Shown here: positions 1-9,583 of the stretch, one piece after another
How the letters are laid out: the number at the start of each line of letters is the position of its first letter
How positions within the stretch are numbered: the stretch's first letter is position 1
From: Candidatus Omnitrophota bacterium
GTDB taxonomy: Bacteria; Omnitrophota; Omnitrophia; Omnitrophales; Aquincolibacteriaceae
Length of the DNA: 64,000 nt
Assembly: GCA_903884815.1 (NCBI GenBank)
Contig: CAISGE010000027.1
Coordinates: 18,780-82,779 of the forward strand
Direction: 5' to 3'
Position numbers and translations under genes: made by a program
The notes under the pieces: generated by a model
Database searches by the model: none
What the model was told of the DNA's origin: nothing
What the model saw: the letters and a program-made list of their open reading frames with translations, nothing else

Positions 1-54
1 GGAAAACGTTCTTGACCGTTACGGAAATATGAAGCCCTTCACTCGCGGTGCGCC

Positions 55-912
55 ATGCCCCATCCCGAAGCCGTAACGCTCGTCACCGGCATCTTCGACG
101 TCGGCCGCGGATCCCCATGGAAGTTCCTGGGAAGCGGCTTCCGGCGGAATTTCGAATTTTACACCAAAAGTCTCAAATGCATCCTGGAGTTCGATCTGCC
201 GATGGTGGTATACATTGAAAAAAAGAATGAATCCTTGGTCCGGGAGGCGCGCGGAGGGAGGCCCACGAGAATCGTGGTTATCAACAGGGAGGATTTAGAA
301 GATTTTCCCTTTTATGAAGAAATCCAGAGAATTAGAACTTCGAAGGCCTGGCGATCGCAAGCGAAGTGGCTCGGAAATTCCCCGCAAGGCCAGTTGGCGC
401 TCTACAACCCGCTCGTCCTGTCCAAGCTGTATTGGCTTCATGAAGAATCACAGCTCAATGTGTTCCGCACGCCGTATTTTGTCTGGCTGGATGGAGGAAT
501 TTTGAGCCATTTCTCCCGCTCCCTACGCAACGCAATGAATGAAAAAGTTTTCAACCACTTGACCGTTTTCCTGGACAAATTTTTTGTGTTAACCTATCCC
601 TATCACCAAAATACGGAAATCCACGGCTTTGAAAGACAAGCGTGCGCCCGATACTGCCGGACCGATTTTGTCGATCGGGTTTGCCGGGGCGGGCTCCTAG
701 GCGGAAGTCGGGCCTCTGTTGAAAAAGTTTTTGCTTTATATGATGCGATGTTGCGCGAGACGCTGAGGAATGGTTTTATGGGGACGGAGGAAAGTATTCT
801 GACGATCCTGTCTTTCAGATTTCCGGAGTTGTTTCATGTCGAACCGTTGCCCAACGGAGACACCGCCACTTTCTTCGCGCGCATGGCAGGGATCGAAAAC
901 AGTGACGCCTGA
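55..912 (+). CDS. hypothetical protein; possibly an HtrL/YibB-like LPS-cluster protein (N-terminal ...GIFDVGRG... motif)
   Basis: 285-aa ORF with no overlap conflicts. Early FD(V/I)GRG motif is remembered from HtrL/YibB family proteins in waa clusters; not verified. Confidence 0.45.
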   Translation: MPHPEAVTLVTGIFDVGRGSPWKFLGSGFRRNFEFYTKSLKCILEFDLPMVVYIEKKNESLVREARGGRPTRIVVINREDLEDFPFYEEIQRIRTSKAWRSQAKWLGNSPQGQLALYNPLVLSKLYWLHEESQLNVFRTPYFVWLDGGILSHFSRSLRNAMNEKVFNHLTVFLDKFFVLTYPYHQNTEIHGFERQACARYCRTDFVDRVCRGGLLGGSRASVEKVFALYDAMLRETLRNGFMGTEESILTILSFRFPELFHVEPLPNGDTATFFARMAGIENSDA

Positions 913-1858
913 CCTCAGGTCGCCGCCTCTTGCGCGAAGAGCGCTCCGGTTATTCAAGAGAGCGCTAAACCAAACCCGATGTGATTGGGGAAAAATAACA
1001 ATCGCCCGAAAAATCGTATGCTCGGATCCGCTGGCGCAAGCGCCCGACGCCGGATTCGAATTGCACATCCTGGTCTGCAAAAATGATTTTTTGAATTCTC
1101 TTTGGAGTCTGAAATCATTCTACAAGTTCAGCGGATTATGCCCCAAGCTATTCATCCACGATGATGGCACTCTGGAACCCAGCGAAATCAAGACGTTTCG
1201 GGAACACTTCGTTCATTCAAGGGTCATAGACCGCAAGGAATCCGACCGGGACTTAAGGGAACATCTGAGGAATTATCCCTTCTGTTCCAAGTTCCGCTTG
1301 GAAAAATTTTCATGGCCTTCGATAAAATTGTTTGATTTTTCCTACTATTCCGTTTCTAAGAAATTCCTCTTTTTCGATTCGGATGTTTTGTTCTTCAAAA
1401 GACCCGATCAAATAATTTCCTGTATCGAAAGTGACACCGGCTTTTTCATGAGCGATCTTCTGGACGCATTCACCTTCCCGCCGGACCAGTGGCACGCCTT
1501 GTTTAAGGTACCTGCCCTGCTCCGGGTTAACGTCGGCTTGGCTTTTATCCCCGGGGCTCGTTATTACGATTTGGATCTTATAGAAAACTGTCTTTGCGAG
1601 TTTTACCGGGATGACTCCATAAAAAGAAAATTCTGGATTGAGCAGACCGCGTGGGCTCTTCTATTCTCAAGGCACGCGAAGCACTTCATGAGACTGCCCG
1701 AAACCTATCAAATAGGCAGCATACCCCCCATTAACGACAAAACGGTTTGCCATCATTTTGTAAAAGATGACACTGATTCACGCTGCAATTTTTATTTCAA
1801 AGGCCTGACTTATCTGGATTCTACTGACTTTATGCGTGGCCTAAACGGAGTCCGCTGA
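836..1858 (+). CDS. hypothetical GT-A-fold glycosyltransferase-like protein (DxD-like FFDSDVLFF). The true start is probably internal, e.g. TTG at 1061, because the first 77 nt overlap the upstream ORF.
   Basis: Long ORF in a glycosyltransferase neighbourhood. DSD motif preceded by hydrophobic residues is typical of nucleotide-sugar transferases. Start is uncertain. Confidence 0.45.
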   Translation: MSNRCPTETPPLSSRAWQGSKTVTPDLRSPPLARRALRLFKRALNQTRCDWGKITIARKIVCSDPLAQAPDAGFELHILVCKNDFLNSLWSLKSFYKFSGLCPKLFIHDDGTLEPSEIKTFREHFVHSRVIDRKESDRDLREHLRNYPFCSKFRLEKFSWPSIKLFDFSYYSVSKKFLFFDSDVLFFKRPDQIISCIESDTGFFMSDLLDAFTFPPDQWHALFKVPALLRVNVGLAFIPGARYYDLDLIENCLCEFYRDDSIKRKFWIEQTAWALLFSRHAKHFMRLPETYQIGSIPPINDKTVCHHFVKDDTDSRCNFYFKGLTYLDSTDFMRGLNGVR

Positions 1859-1859
1859 A

Positions 1860-2738
1860 ATGAAGTTGTCACTTTGCCTGCTAAGCTGGGGGTCGCGCAA
1901 AACATTGCTCAACACCCTTATGTCCTATGAGAAGAACGGCCTTTTTCTCAAAGCTCAGGAAAAGATTATTTTTTTTCAAGAAATATCAGAGGCTGACGTC
2001 CGGATCGCAAAAAAATATGATTTGCAGTTCTGGAGTTCCAAACAAAATATCGGGATCGGTGCGGCCTATAAATTGATGGCTGAAAAAGCTACGGGGGACG
2101 CCCTCATTTTTCTACAGAACGATTTTGTGCTTGCGGAGGATCTCCGCAAGGACGACTCCCAGTTGGAGGCCGCCAAAAAGCTGATTGGGGAGAATGAGGT
2201 TGATGTTGTTCTCCTGCGTCATAGAAAGTTTCCGGGAAAACCCCATTGGGCGGCAGATCACGTTAAAGGTCGCGAAGGGGCTGTGCCGACCCATCTTTTT
2301 AATGCTCTTTATTGGATGGAAAATCCGGACAGGGCCTTTCCCGGGATCGTCACAAAGAATACGGACAAACCGGTTTTTTACATGACAACATCACAATATT
2401 CAGAATTTACCGACAATCCCTGCCTGTACCGTCGCCGATGGTTCCTGGAAGTTCTGGGGGAAATGCACGTAAAAAACCATCCCGACATTACCTGGCCGGA
2501 GCAGGTTATTCAGCCCTGGTGGCAAAAGCAAACATTTCGGATCGCCCACGGGGAGGGATTGTTCACGCATATTCGCCTGGACCGACCGTGGCGATCACAT
2601 CTTGGCCAGTCGAGTTATGCCTTTCGCCGAACGGGTTTTTATAGGTTTCTAAATGCTTTCGGATGGTTTCGACAACTGGAGGCATCTTTGAAGAAGTTTT
2701 TTAACCCGCCCCGTATTTGTTCACAAGACAAGCCGTGA
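1860..2738 (+). CDS. hypothetical glycosyltransferase-like protein (GT-A-like N-terminus LSWGSRKTL...)
   Basis: 292-aa ORF starting 2 nt after the previous stop. N-terminal Rossmann-like segment resembles GT2 proteins. No confident family assignment. Confidence 0.45.
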   Translation: MKLSLCLLSWGSRKTLLNTLMSYEKNGLFLKAQEKIIFFQEISEADVRIAKKYDLQFWSSKQNIGIGAAYKLMAEKATGDALIFLQNDFVLAEDLRKDDSQLEAAKKLIGENEVDVVLLRHRKFPGKPHWAADHVKGREGAVPTHLFNALYWMENPDRAFPGIVTKNTDKPVFYMTTSQYSEFTDNPCLYRRRWFLEVLGEMHVKNHPDITWPEQVIQPWWQKQTFRIAHGEGLFTHIRLDRPWRSHLGQSSYAFRRTGFYRFLNAFGWFRQLEASLKKFFNPPRICSQDKP

Positions 2739-2803
2739 TATATTACGGTTAAGCGCTTACCAGCTGCGAACGGAGTATGAGCAGAAGGAATAGATTTAAA
2801 GTC

Positions 2804-3166
2804 ATGAAGAAATTCATATTTATCTTGCTCGCGATATCTCTTCTGCTCGGAAAACGTGGAACCGACTTCTGTCACGCCCCTCAAGAGCAACTGCTAAGCG
2901 TCGTCTTGGCACCCTTGGTACTGATCCTTCTCATCATGGCTGTCCTCGGGCACGCGCCGACCTATGGGGCCCTCGTCTTGTCCTGGCTGTGGTTCCTGCT
3001 TAACATGCGATTTTTGGCTTTCCTCACTCAGGAAAAAGGCTTATTTTTGCGATTATCCGCTACATGGGTTACTTTTATGCATCTTATCGTCATGGCAGTC
3101 GGCATTGCGTGCGGGTCCTTTGCTTTTATGGTGGGTCAAAGCGGGAAGGAGAAAGGAGCGACATGA
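2804..3166 (+). CDS. GtrA-like small 4-TM membrane protein (the ORF could also start at 2777)
   Basis: About 120 aa with four hydrophobic helices. Its stop overlaps the downstream GT2 start (ATGA). Size and topology match the GtrA family, which is usually paired with a GtrB-type GT2. Confidence 0.5.
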   Translation: MKKFIFILLAISLLLGKRGTDFCHAPQEQLLSVVLAPLVLILLIMAVLGHAPTYGALVLSWLWFLLNMRFLAFLTQEKGLFLRLSATWVTFMHLIVMAVGIACGSFAFMVGQSGKEKGAT

Positions 3167-4041
3167 TATTCTCGGTGATCGTTCCCTTCCTGAATGAAGA
3201 GCTCTATATCGAGCGCTGCATCAAATCTCTAATAGAACAGGACTTCGCCAAGCTCGAGCGCGAATTCATTTTTATAGACAATGGCTCCACCGACAGTTCT
3301 CCGGATATCGTTCGCCGGTACCCTGAGCTCACGCTCATCCGCGATCCTCTGCCCAACGTTTACGCTGCACGCAATAAGGCGCTTGCCATTGCGAGGGGAG
3401 AGATCATCGCCTTCACCGATGCCGATTGCGAAGTCTCGCCGGATTGGCTCTTTCAAATTCATGAGGGAATAAGAGAAACGGGTGCGGACATCGTGCTGGG
3501 GAAACGATATTTCCCGCGCCGTAGCTCCATGCTCGCAAAGATCCTCCAGGATTATGAGAATGCCAAGGTGGAGTACCTGCTGACTCACGCCATGACAAAG
3601 TATTATTTTGGCTTTACCAATAATATGGCGGTCCTTACGCGTACTTTAAAGGAGCTTAAGGGGTTTCGGGAGGAGAGTAGAACCGAGGGCGATACCGAAT
3701 TTATCCAGCGATGCGTCGCGAGGTATCCGGGATCAAAAATAGTTTATTTGCCTCGGGTGGAGATCGTTCATTTGGAGATTACATCGTCTTTGACATGGCT
3801 GCTTAAACTTTACGCTTACGGTAAAGCTAACATCAGTGTAAAAACTACAGATAACCATTATAAAGAACTTGGACTGAAAGAGCGGCTGAACATATTCGGA
3901 CATCTTATTAGGACCAGTCATAATTCGTTCCTCAAGAGCCTTTTGGCGATCCTTGTCTTAATAACGGGCAACTTATTTTATATGGCTGGGCAGGTACAAA
4001 ACCTTATCACCCGTCTGTTTTTGGATAGGGGGAAAACGTAG
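3163..4041 (+). CDS. glycosyltransferase family 2 (Dpm1/GtrB-like, with a C-terminal hydrophobic segment)
   Basis: N-terminal VIVPFLNEE...IDNGSTD and a DAD motif (AFTDADCEV) are a classic GT2 signature. RBS AAGGAG upstream. ATG at 3163. Confidence 0.8.
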   Translation: MIFSVIVPFLNEELYIERCIKSLIEQDFAKLEREFIFIDNGSTDSSPDIVRRYPELTLIRDPLPNVYAARNKALAIARGEIIAFTDADCEVSPDWLFQIHEGIRETGADIVLGKRYFPRRSSMLAKILQDYENAKVEYLLTHAMTKYYFGFTNNMAVLTRTLKELKGFREESRTEGDTEFIQRCVARYPGSKIVYLPRVEIVHLEITSSLTWLLKLYAYGKANISVKTTDNHYKELGLKERLNIFGHLIRTSHNSFLKSLLAILVLITGNLFYMAGQVQNLITRLFLDRGKT

Positions 4042-4048
4042 AGAGTCA

Positions 4049-4336
4049 TTGGGGAGCGTGTGCCACTTTCTTGCCAAGCTGGGATGGCGGGTAAATGAGA
4101 CTCTTTCGCTTAAAACGAAAAATATTCGTTGGGAGTCGGGAGCTCCTGTCTCCATTACTATCGAAAAGGAATTTAGAAAGAATCGAAGGGAATCCACGCT
4201 CAATACTATCGACTCGAAATTGGCGAGTGTAATGGCGCGGTACGTGATTAAGGAAGAACAATGCAGAATTAGTTGCGGAAATAAACGAATTATGCATAAT
4301 TCGGTGCGCCCAGAGGGGGTAGGCGAATTCATCTGA
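4049..4336 (+). pseudogene. remnant of a tyrosine recombinase (XerC/XerD/phage-integrase catalytic-domain box I fragment)
   Basis: Translation GWRVNETLSLKTKNIRWESGAPVSITIEKEFRKNRRE aligns residue by residue with XerC [32 protein letters not shown] (G-R-E-L-K-ESG-R). Only about 95 aa are present. The N-terminal domain and the catalytic H/R/Y region are absent. The local sequence is lower in GC than its flanks. Confidence 0.35.
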
Positions 4337-4381
4337 CGATTCCCGAATCCCGCTCCATTCATGTGAACAATCGGATAGAAA

Positions 4382-4410
4382 CCCGTATATAAAACGGGAG
4401 TCTTTTCTCT
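4382..4410 (+). terminator. hairpin (CCCGT-ATATAAA-ACGGG) followed by a T-rich tract, ending at the NUDIX start codon. Either an intrinsic terminator for upstream transcripts or 5'-UTR structure.
   Basis: Seen directly: 5-bp GC-rich stem with a 7-nt loop, then TCTTTTCTCT. Confidence 0.3.
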
Positions 4411-4950
4411 ATGGCTCAAAAAAAATATCGGGTTTTTCAAAAGAAAGTCATCTTTTCAAAGGGGCCCATACGCCTTGTGGATTGCAAGGTCCGGACCCCG
4501 CAAGGGAAAGTCCTGTCGCGGCAGATTCTGGAACATCCGGGCTGTGTGGTCGTTATTCCGCGGATGAACGCGGGGAAGTATGTCCTGGTGAAGCAGTACC
4601 GGTTCCCGCTTGAAAAACATCTCTGGGAATTTCCGGCGGGCGGCAAGGAACCCGGCGAAACCTTCCCGCATGCCGCGAAGCGTGAGCTTATGGAAGAGAT
4701 CGGGATGAAACCAGGCAAGCTTCAGAAGATTCTAGCCTTCTATCCCACTCCGGGCGTTTCCGGAGAAAAAATGCACGTTTTTCTCGCGACCGAGCTCTGC
4801 CCCGCCATCGCGGAAAAGGATGAGGACGAGGATTTTGAAGTCAAAGAATTCTCCTTGGCCGATATCGGACGGATGATTCAAAGTGGGGAGATCTGCGACG
4901 GCAAAACACTTATCGGATTTTTTTATTTGAAAAATTTGAAAAATCAGTAG
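4411..4950 (+). CDS. NUDIX hydrolase (ADP-ribose pyrophosphatase-like)
   Basis: Nudix box GGKEPGETFPHAAKRELMEEIGM (GX5EX7REUXEEXGU). Confidence 0.8.
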   Translation: MAQKKYRVFQKKVIFSKGPIRLVDCKVRTPQGKVLSRQILEHPGCVVVIPRMNAGKYVLVKQYRFPLEKHLWEFPAGGKEPGETFPHAAKRELMEEIGMKPGKLQKILAFYPTPGVSGEKMHVFLATELCPAIAEKDEDEDFEVKEFSLADIGRMIQSGEICDGKTLIGFFYLKNLKNQ

Positions 4951-4953
4951 AAT

Positions 4954-5011
4954 ACCCAGACCTGCCCGGCACTTAGTCGAATTCATTCGGAATTCATTCA
5001 GAAGTCTGGGT
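4954..5011 (+). promoter_or_regulatory. stem-loop (ACCCAGAC...GTCTGGGT) enclosing a tandem 11-nt direct repeat (cGAATTCATTC gGAATTCATTC), 50 nt upstream of gltB
   Basis: Seen directly. 8-bp perfect inverted repeat at 4954-4961 and 5004-5011. Direct repeats at 4978-4988 and 4989-4999. Confidence 0.3.
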
Positions 5012-5059
5012 GTCTTTGTCTTAGGCTGGCATTGTTTTATAAAGTTTAAAGGACCATCC

Positions 5060-8000
5060 ATGAAAGCTCAGGGTCTGTATCATCCGAATCAGGAACACGA
5101 CGCGTGCGGTGTGGGTTTCGTCGTCAAGATCGACGGGACCCGGTCGCACCAGATCGTGCGGGATGGCGTCCAAATTCTCCGGAATCTCGTTCACCGGGGA
5201 GCCGTCGGGGGCGATCTGAAGACCGGCGATGGCGCCGGGATGATCCTCCAGATACCTCACAGGTTTTTCGGGAAGGTCCTGAAGTTTCCGCTGCCGGAAG
5301 AAGGGAAGTACGGTGCCGGGATGCTTTTTCTTCCTCGTCAGGAAAAAGATTCGGAAAAAGCGCGGAAAATGATCGCCTCAAAAACCATCCAGGAGGGCGG
5401 AAACATCCTGGGATGGCGCGAGGTGCCGGTCCATCCGGACTGTCTCGGAGAAATGGCCCGCGAAGTGATGCCCTCCATTTGGCAGGTATTCATTTCTTAT
5501 GAGGGGCTCGAAGGGCTGGCGCTGGAACGACGGCTGTATGTCCTGAGAAAGGTCCTGGAGAACGAAGCCCTCAAAATGGGCTGGGCCCTCGAAGATTTTT
5601 ATATTCCTTCGCTTTCCTGCCGCACAATAGTCTACAAAGGGATGTTCGCCGCGCCGCAATTCGATCATTTCTTTCCGGATCTCGCGGAAGCGGATGTCGT
5701 CAGCACCCTCGCGGTAGTGCATCAGCGCTATTCCACCAACACGTTCCCATCCTGGCCCCTCGCTCATCCTTTCCGGTTCATGGCACACAACGGTGAGATC
5801 AATACGCTGCGCGGAAACGTCAACAAGATGATGGCGCGTGAATCAACGATTTCCTCCACGCTTTTTGGAGAAGATCTCAAAAAACTTTTCCCCATTATCA
5901 ATGCGGAACTCAGTGACTCCGCGATTTTTGATAATGTTTATGAATTACTGGCGCTCAGCGGGCGCTCGATCGAACACTCGATGATGATGATGGTGCCAGA
6001 AGCTTTCGGCGCCAAGTACCACATCAGCGAAGCGAAGCGTGCCTTCTTTGAGTACCACGCTGCGATCATGGAGCCGTGGGATGGGCCCGCAGCGATCGCC
6101 TTCACTGACGGGACCAAGGTCGGCGCGACGCTCGACCGTAACGGCCTCCGCCCTGCCCGTTATGTGATCACAAAAAGCGGTCGGGTGGTCATGGCTTCTG
6201 AGATCGGAGTTTTAGATATTGATCCTTCGGATGTTCTTGAAAAAGGCCGCCTCGCGCCGGGCAAGATGTTCCTGGTGGATACCGACACAAAACGCGTGAT
6301 CAAGGATAATGAGATCAAATCGGGGATTTCCCGCCGCCGTCCCTACCGACGCTGGCTCGAAGAGAATCGCATCGAGCTCCGCGGACTCCTCCAAGTGCCG
6401 GGACCTGTGGCCGTCGACGAAAAGACGCTGGGGATGCGCCAGCGTGCTTTCGGCTACACGCTTGAGGATCAAAAGATGGTGATCCTCCCGATGATCGAAA
6501 CCGCCCAGGAGCCCATCGGGTCTATGGGAAATGACGCGCCGCTCGCCGTGCTCTCAAAACGGCCGCAGCTTCTCTACAACTATTTCAAGCAGCTTTTCGC
6601 GCAGGTCACGAACCCTCCGATCGATCCGTACCGTGAAAATCTCGTGATGTCGCTTATGAGCTTTGTCGGAAGAGAAGGGAATCTCCTCGACGAGAAACCC
6701 GAGCACTGCCGCCAGCTTAAGCTCTCTCATCCCGTTCTTACCAATGATGACATGGTTCGCCTGCGCGCGGTGCGCCTCCCACATTTCAAGGTGGCAACGC
6801 TCCCGATGCTTTTTGATGCCAAAGGCGGCGCGGGAACTCTCGAACGAGCGATCGAAAAACTTTGTGCGGATGCCGAACTTAAAGTGAGCGAGGGACATTC
6901 CCTCCTGATTCTGAGTGATCGGGATATCTCGCCCGACAAGGCCCCGATCCCGGCCCTTTTGGCCATGGCCGCGGTGCACCACCATCTTATCCGGAAAGGC
7001 CAGCGACAGCTTGCCGGCATCATTCTCGAAACCGGCGAGGCCCGCGAGGTCCAACATTTCGCCTGCCTCGTAGGCTACGGAGCCAACGGAATTAATCCCT
7101 ATCTCGCGCTCGAAACGCTGGCTGACCTCAAGAAACGCGGCTATTTGTCCGCCAATCTCACCATGGAAACCTGCATTGATAATTACATTACGGCGATCAA
7201 AAAAGGCCTTCTTAAGGTCATGTCGAAAATGGGGATCTCCACGCTCCGCAGTTACCGGGCCGCCCAGATCTTCGAGGCCGTTGGGCTTGATGACAGCTTC
7301 GTCGATAAGTATTTTCCAGGCACCGCGACGCGGATTAAAGGAATCGGTATCGATGTGGTCGAAAAAGAAGCGCTGTCGCGTTTTTCCGAAGCCTTTAAAG
7401 AACTGGCGCCGGACACTGCGACACTGAACTCCGGCGGTAATTACCATTACAGACTCCATTCCGAAAAGCATCTATTCTCTCCTCAGGCGATTGTGAACCT
7501 CCAGAAGGCGGTCCGGGAGAATGACTACAAAACCTTCAAGATTTATTCCGGAGAGATCAACGACATCAGCAAGAATCTCTGCACACTCCGAGGCCTGTTC
7601 GGTTTTAAGAAGGGGCAGCCGGTCCCGATCGGGGAAGTGGAATCCGCCGACACGATCGTAAAACGCTTTGTTTCATCGGCGATGTCGTTTGGCTCGATCA
7701 GCAAGGAAGCTCACGAGACCCTTGCCCTCGCGATGAACCGCATCGGCGCTATGAGCAATTCCGGCGAAGGCGGCGAAGACGAAGCCCGCTACATTCCGCT
7801 TCCGAACGGAGATTCGCTCAAGAGCACGGTCAAGCAAGTTGCCTCCGGCCGCTTCGGTGTGAACAGCAATTACCTGGCGAACTCCAACGAGCTGCAGATC
7901 AAAATGGCGCAGGGCGCTAAACCTGGAGAAGGCGGACAATTGCCCGGGCATAAGGTCAATGAGATCATTGCCAAGGTGCGCAATTCGACTCCCGGAGTCA

Positions 8001-9583
8001 TGCTGATTTCGCCACCCCCGCACCATGACATCTATTCCATTGAAGACCTGGCCCAGCTCATATTTGACCTTAAAAACGCGAACCCTGGGGCCCGCATCTC
8101 CGTAAAACTGGTTTCCGAGATCGGCGTGGGCACCATCGCTGCGGGCGTTGCCAAAGGCAAGGCCGACATGGTCCTCATCAGCGGGCATGATGGCGGCACG
8201 GGCGCCTCACCGATTTCTTCCATCAAATACGCCGGATCGCCCTGGGAGATAGGCCTGGCGGAAACACAGCAGGTTCTCGTCATGAATAAATTGCGCGATC
8301 GCATCCGGATCCAGACGGACGGACAGATGAAAACGGGCCGCGATGTAGTGATCGGGGCCCTCTTGGGCGCCGAAGAATTCGGCTTCGGTACCGCCGCACT
8401 CGTCACGATGGGTTGCATCATGATGAGAAAGTGCCACCTGAATACTTGCCCCGTCGGTGTTGCGACCCAAAACGGGGAACTCCGAAAGCGTTTCACCGGA
8501 AAAGCGGAGCACGTGATCAGTTTCATGCGATTCATCGCGGAGGAGATCCGCGAGCTTATGGCAGAACTCGGCTTCCGGAAATTCGAAGATATGGTTGGCC
8601 GGGTGGATCTTCTCGAGGTCCAACACGCGGTCGAGTACTACAAGACCCAGGGACTTGATTTCTCGAAAGTCCTCGCCGTGCCCGCAGTGCCTGCGGGAGG
8701 ATCCTTGCGCTGCGTCACGCACCAGCAGCATGATTTTTCCCTTTCGATTGACGCGGAACTGATACAAGGCGCCAAGGAGGCGCTCGAGCACCGCAAACCC
8801 GTCAGCCTCCGCCACAAGATCCGCAATTGCAACCGTACGGCGGGAACGACACTCAGTTATGAAATCTCCAAGCGCTATGGTTCCAAGGGCCTCGACGCGG
8901 ACACGATCCGTGTCAAATTCGATGGATCAGCGGGTCAAAGCTTTGGGGCATTCCTCGCGTCGGGCGTTACGTTCGAACTTGAAGGCGATGCGAATGACTA
9001 CTTCGGGAAAGGGCTTTCCGGCGGGAAACTCATCATCTACCCCCCAAAGGCTTCCACCTTCCGCCCTCAGGATAACAGCATCACCGGCAACGTGAATCTT
9101 TTTGGCGCCACGGCAGGAGAAGTTTATATCCATGGTATGGCCGGTGAACGATTCTGCGTGCGCAACAGCGGCGCCATTGCCGTCGTTGAGGGCGTCGGAG
9201 ACCACGGCTGTGAATATATGACCGGCGGCCGCGTGATCATTCTGGGCAAAACGGGTGTCAATTTCGCGGCGGGTATGAGCGGAGGGATTGCTTACGTTCT
9301 GGATGAGAATCAGCTTTTTGACACGCTCTGCAATTTGGAAATGGTCGATCTCGAACCTGTCGTGGAAAAAGAAGATGTGAACTTCCTTCGAACGCACATC
9401 GAACGCCACGTCAAGTTCACGGGCAGTGATTACGCCTCGGAGATCCTCAAAAGCTGGGACGAGATGCTCCCGAAATTCGTGAAAGTCATGCCGATGGATT
9501 ATAAAAAAGCACTCCAGAAGCTCAAAGAACAGCAAATGAAAAACTCGGAATCAGCAGAAATGACTGAAGAGGTTTTTTTATAA
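5060..9583 (+). CDS. gltB: glutamate synthase (NADPH) large subunit
   Basis: 1507 aa. N-terminal Cys-1 amidotransferase start (HDACGVGF), FMN and 4Fe-4S regions. Stop overlaps the gltD start (TAATG). Confidence 0.95.
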   Translation: MKAQGLYHPNQEHDACGVGFVVKIDGTRSHQIVRDGVQILRNLVHRGAVGGDLKTGDGAGMILQIPHRFFGKVLKFPLPEEGKYGAGMLFLPRQEKDSEKARKMIASKTIQEGGNILGWREVPVHPDCLGEMAREVMPSIWQVFISYEGLEGLALERRLYVLRKVLENEALKMGWALEDFYIPSLSCRTIVYKGMFAAPQFDHFFPDLAEADVVSTLAVVHQRYSTNTFPSWPLAHPFRFMAHNGEINTLRGNVNKMMARESTISSTLFGEDLKKLFPIINAELSDSAIFDNVYELLALSGRSIEHSMMMMVPEAFGAKYHISEAKRAFFEYHAAIMEPWDGPAAIAFTDGTKVGATLDRNGLRPARYVITKSGRVVMASEIGVLDIDPSDVLEKGRLAPGKMFLVDTDTKRVIKDNEIKSGISRRRPYRRWLEENRIELRGLLQVPGPVAVDEKTLGMRQRAFGYTLEDQKMVILPMIETAQEPIGSMGNDAPLAVLSKRPQLLYNYFKQLFAQVTNPPIDPYRENLVMSLMSFVGREGNLLDEKPEHCRQLKLSHPVLTNDDMVRLRAVRLPHFKVATLPMLFDAKGGAGTLERAIEKLCADAELKVSEGHSLLILSDRDISPDKAPIPALLAMAAVHHHLIRKGQRQLAGIILETGEAREVQHFACLVGYGANGINPYLALETLADLKKRGYLSANLTMETCIDNYITAIKKGLLKVMSKMGISTLRSYRAAQIFEAVGLDDSFVDKYFPGTATRIKGIGIDVVEKEALSRFSEAFKELAPDTATLNSGGNYHYRLHSEKHLFSPQAIVNLQKAVRENDYKTFKIYSGEINDISKNLCTLRGLFGFKKGQPVPIGEVESADTIVKRFVSSAMSFGSISKEAHETLALAMNRIGAMSNSGEGGEDEARYIPLPNGDSLKSTVKQVASGRFGVNSNYLANSNELQIKMAQGAKPGEGGQLPGHKVNEIIAKVRNSTPGVMLISPPPHHDIYSIEDLAQLIFDLKNANPGARISVKLVSEIGVGTIAAGVAKGKADMVLISGHDGGTGASPISSIKYAGSPWEIGLAETQQVLVMNKLRDRIRIQTDGQMKTGRDVVIGALLGAEEFGFGTAALVTMGCIMMRKCHLNTCPVGVATQNGELRKRFTGKAEHVISFMRFIAEEIRELMAELGFRKFEDMVGRVDLLEVQHAVEYYKTQGLDFSKVLAVPAVPAGGSLRCVTHQQHDFSLSIDAELIQGAKEALEHRKPVSLRHKIRNCNRTAGTTLSYEISKRYGSKGLDADTIRVKFDGSAGQSFGAFLASGVTFELEGDANDYFGKGLSGGKLIIYPPKASTFRPQDNSITGNVNLFGATAGEVYIHGMAGERFCVRNSGAIAVVEGVGDHGCEYMTGGRVIILGKTGVNFAAGMSGGIAYVLDENQLFDTLCNLEMVDLEPVVEKEDVNFLRTHIERHVKFTGSDYASEILKSWDEMLPKFVKVMPMDYKKALQKLKEQQMKNSESAEMTEEVFL

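Noticed and set aside
836-912. Possible frameshift fusion of ORFs 55-912 and 836-1858 into one gene
   Set aside because: The first ORF is a full-length, HtrL-sized protein (285 aa) ending at a clean stop. The overlap is better explained by an internal (possibly TTG, position 1061) start for the second gene.
4042-4410. A structured housekeeping RNA (RNase P RNA, tmRNA, SRP RNA or 6S) in the low-GC spacer
   Set aside because: None of the conserved motifs is present: the RNase P AGGAAAGUCCGGGCUC-like box, a tmRNA tag-peptide frame with a 3' UCCACCA, or the SRP GGAA/AGCAG domain IV. The integrase fragment plus a hairpin explains the spacer better. A novel sRNA cannot be excluded.
3973-4440. A 155-aa minus-strand ORF across the spacer
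   Set aside because: No RBS, low-complexity composition, and it overlaps the NUDIX start. It is inconsistent with the recombinase-fragment frame on the plus strand.
5000-5059. Sigma-54 promoter upstream of gltB (TGGCAT at about 5025)
   Set aside because: The GG element is present, but there is no GC dinucleotide at the -12 position (TGGCAT-TGTT-TTAT), so it does not fit TGGCAC-N5-TTGC.
5104-9535. Many ORFs of 60-200 aa antisense to, or frame-shifted within, gltB, gltD, the GGDEF genes, korAB, smc and others listed in the ORF track
   Set aside because: They lie entirely inside well-supported genes in GC-rich sequence, have Arg/Pro/Ser-rich low-complexity translations, and lack RBSs. They are typical spurious frames.
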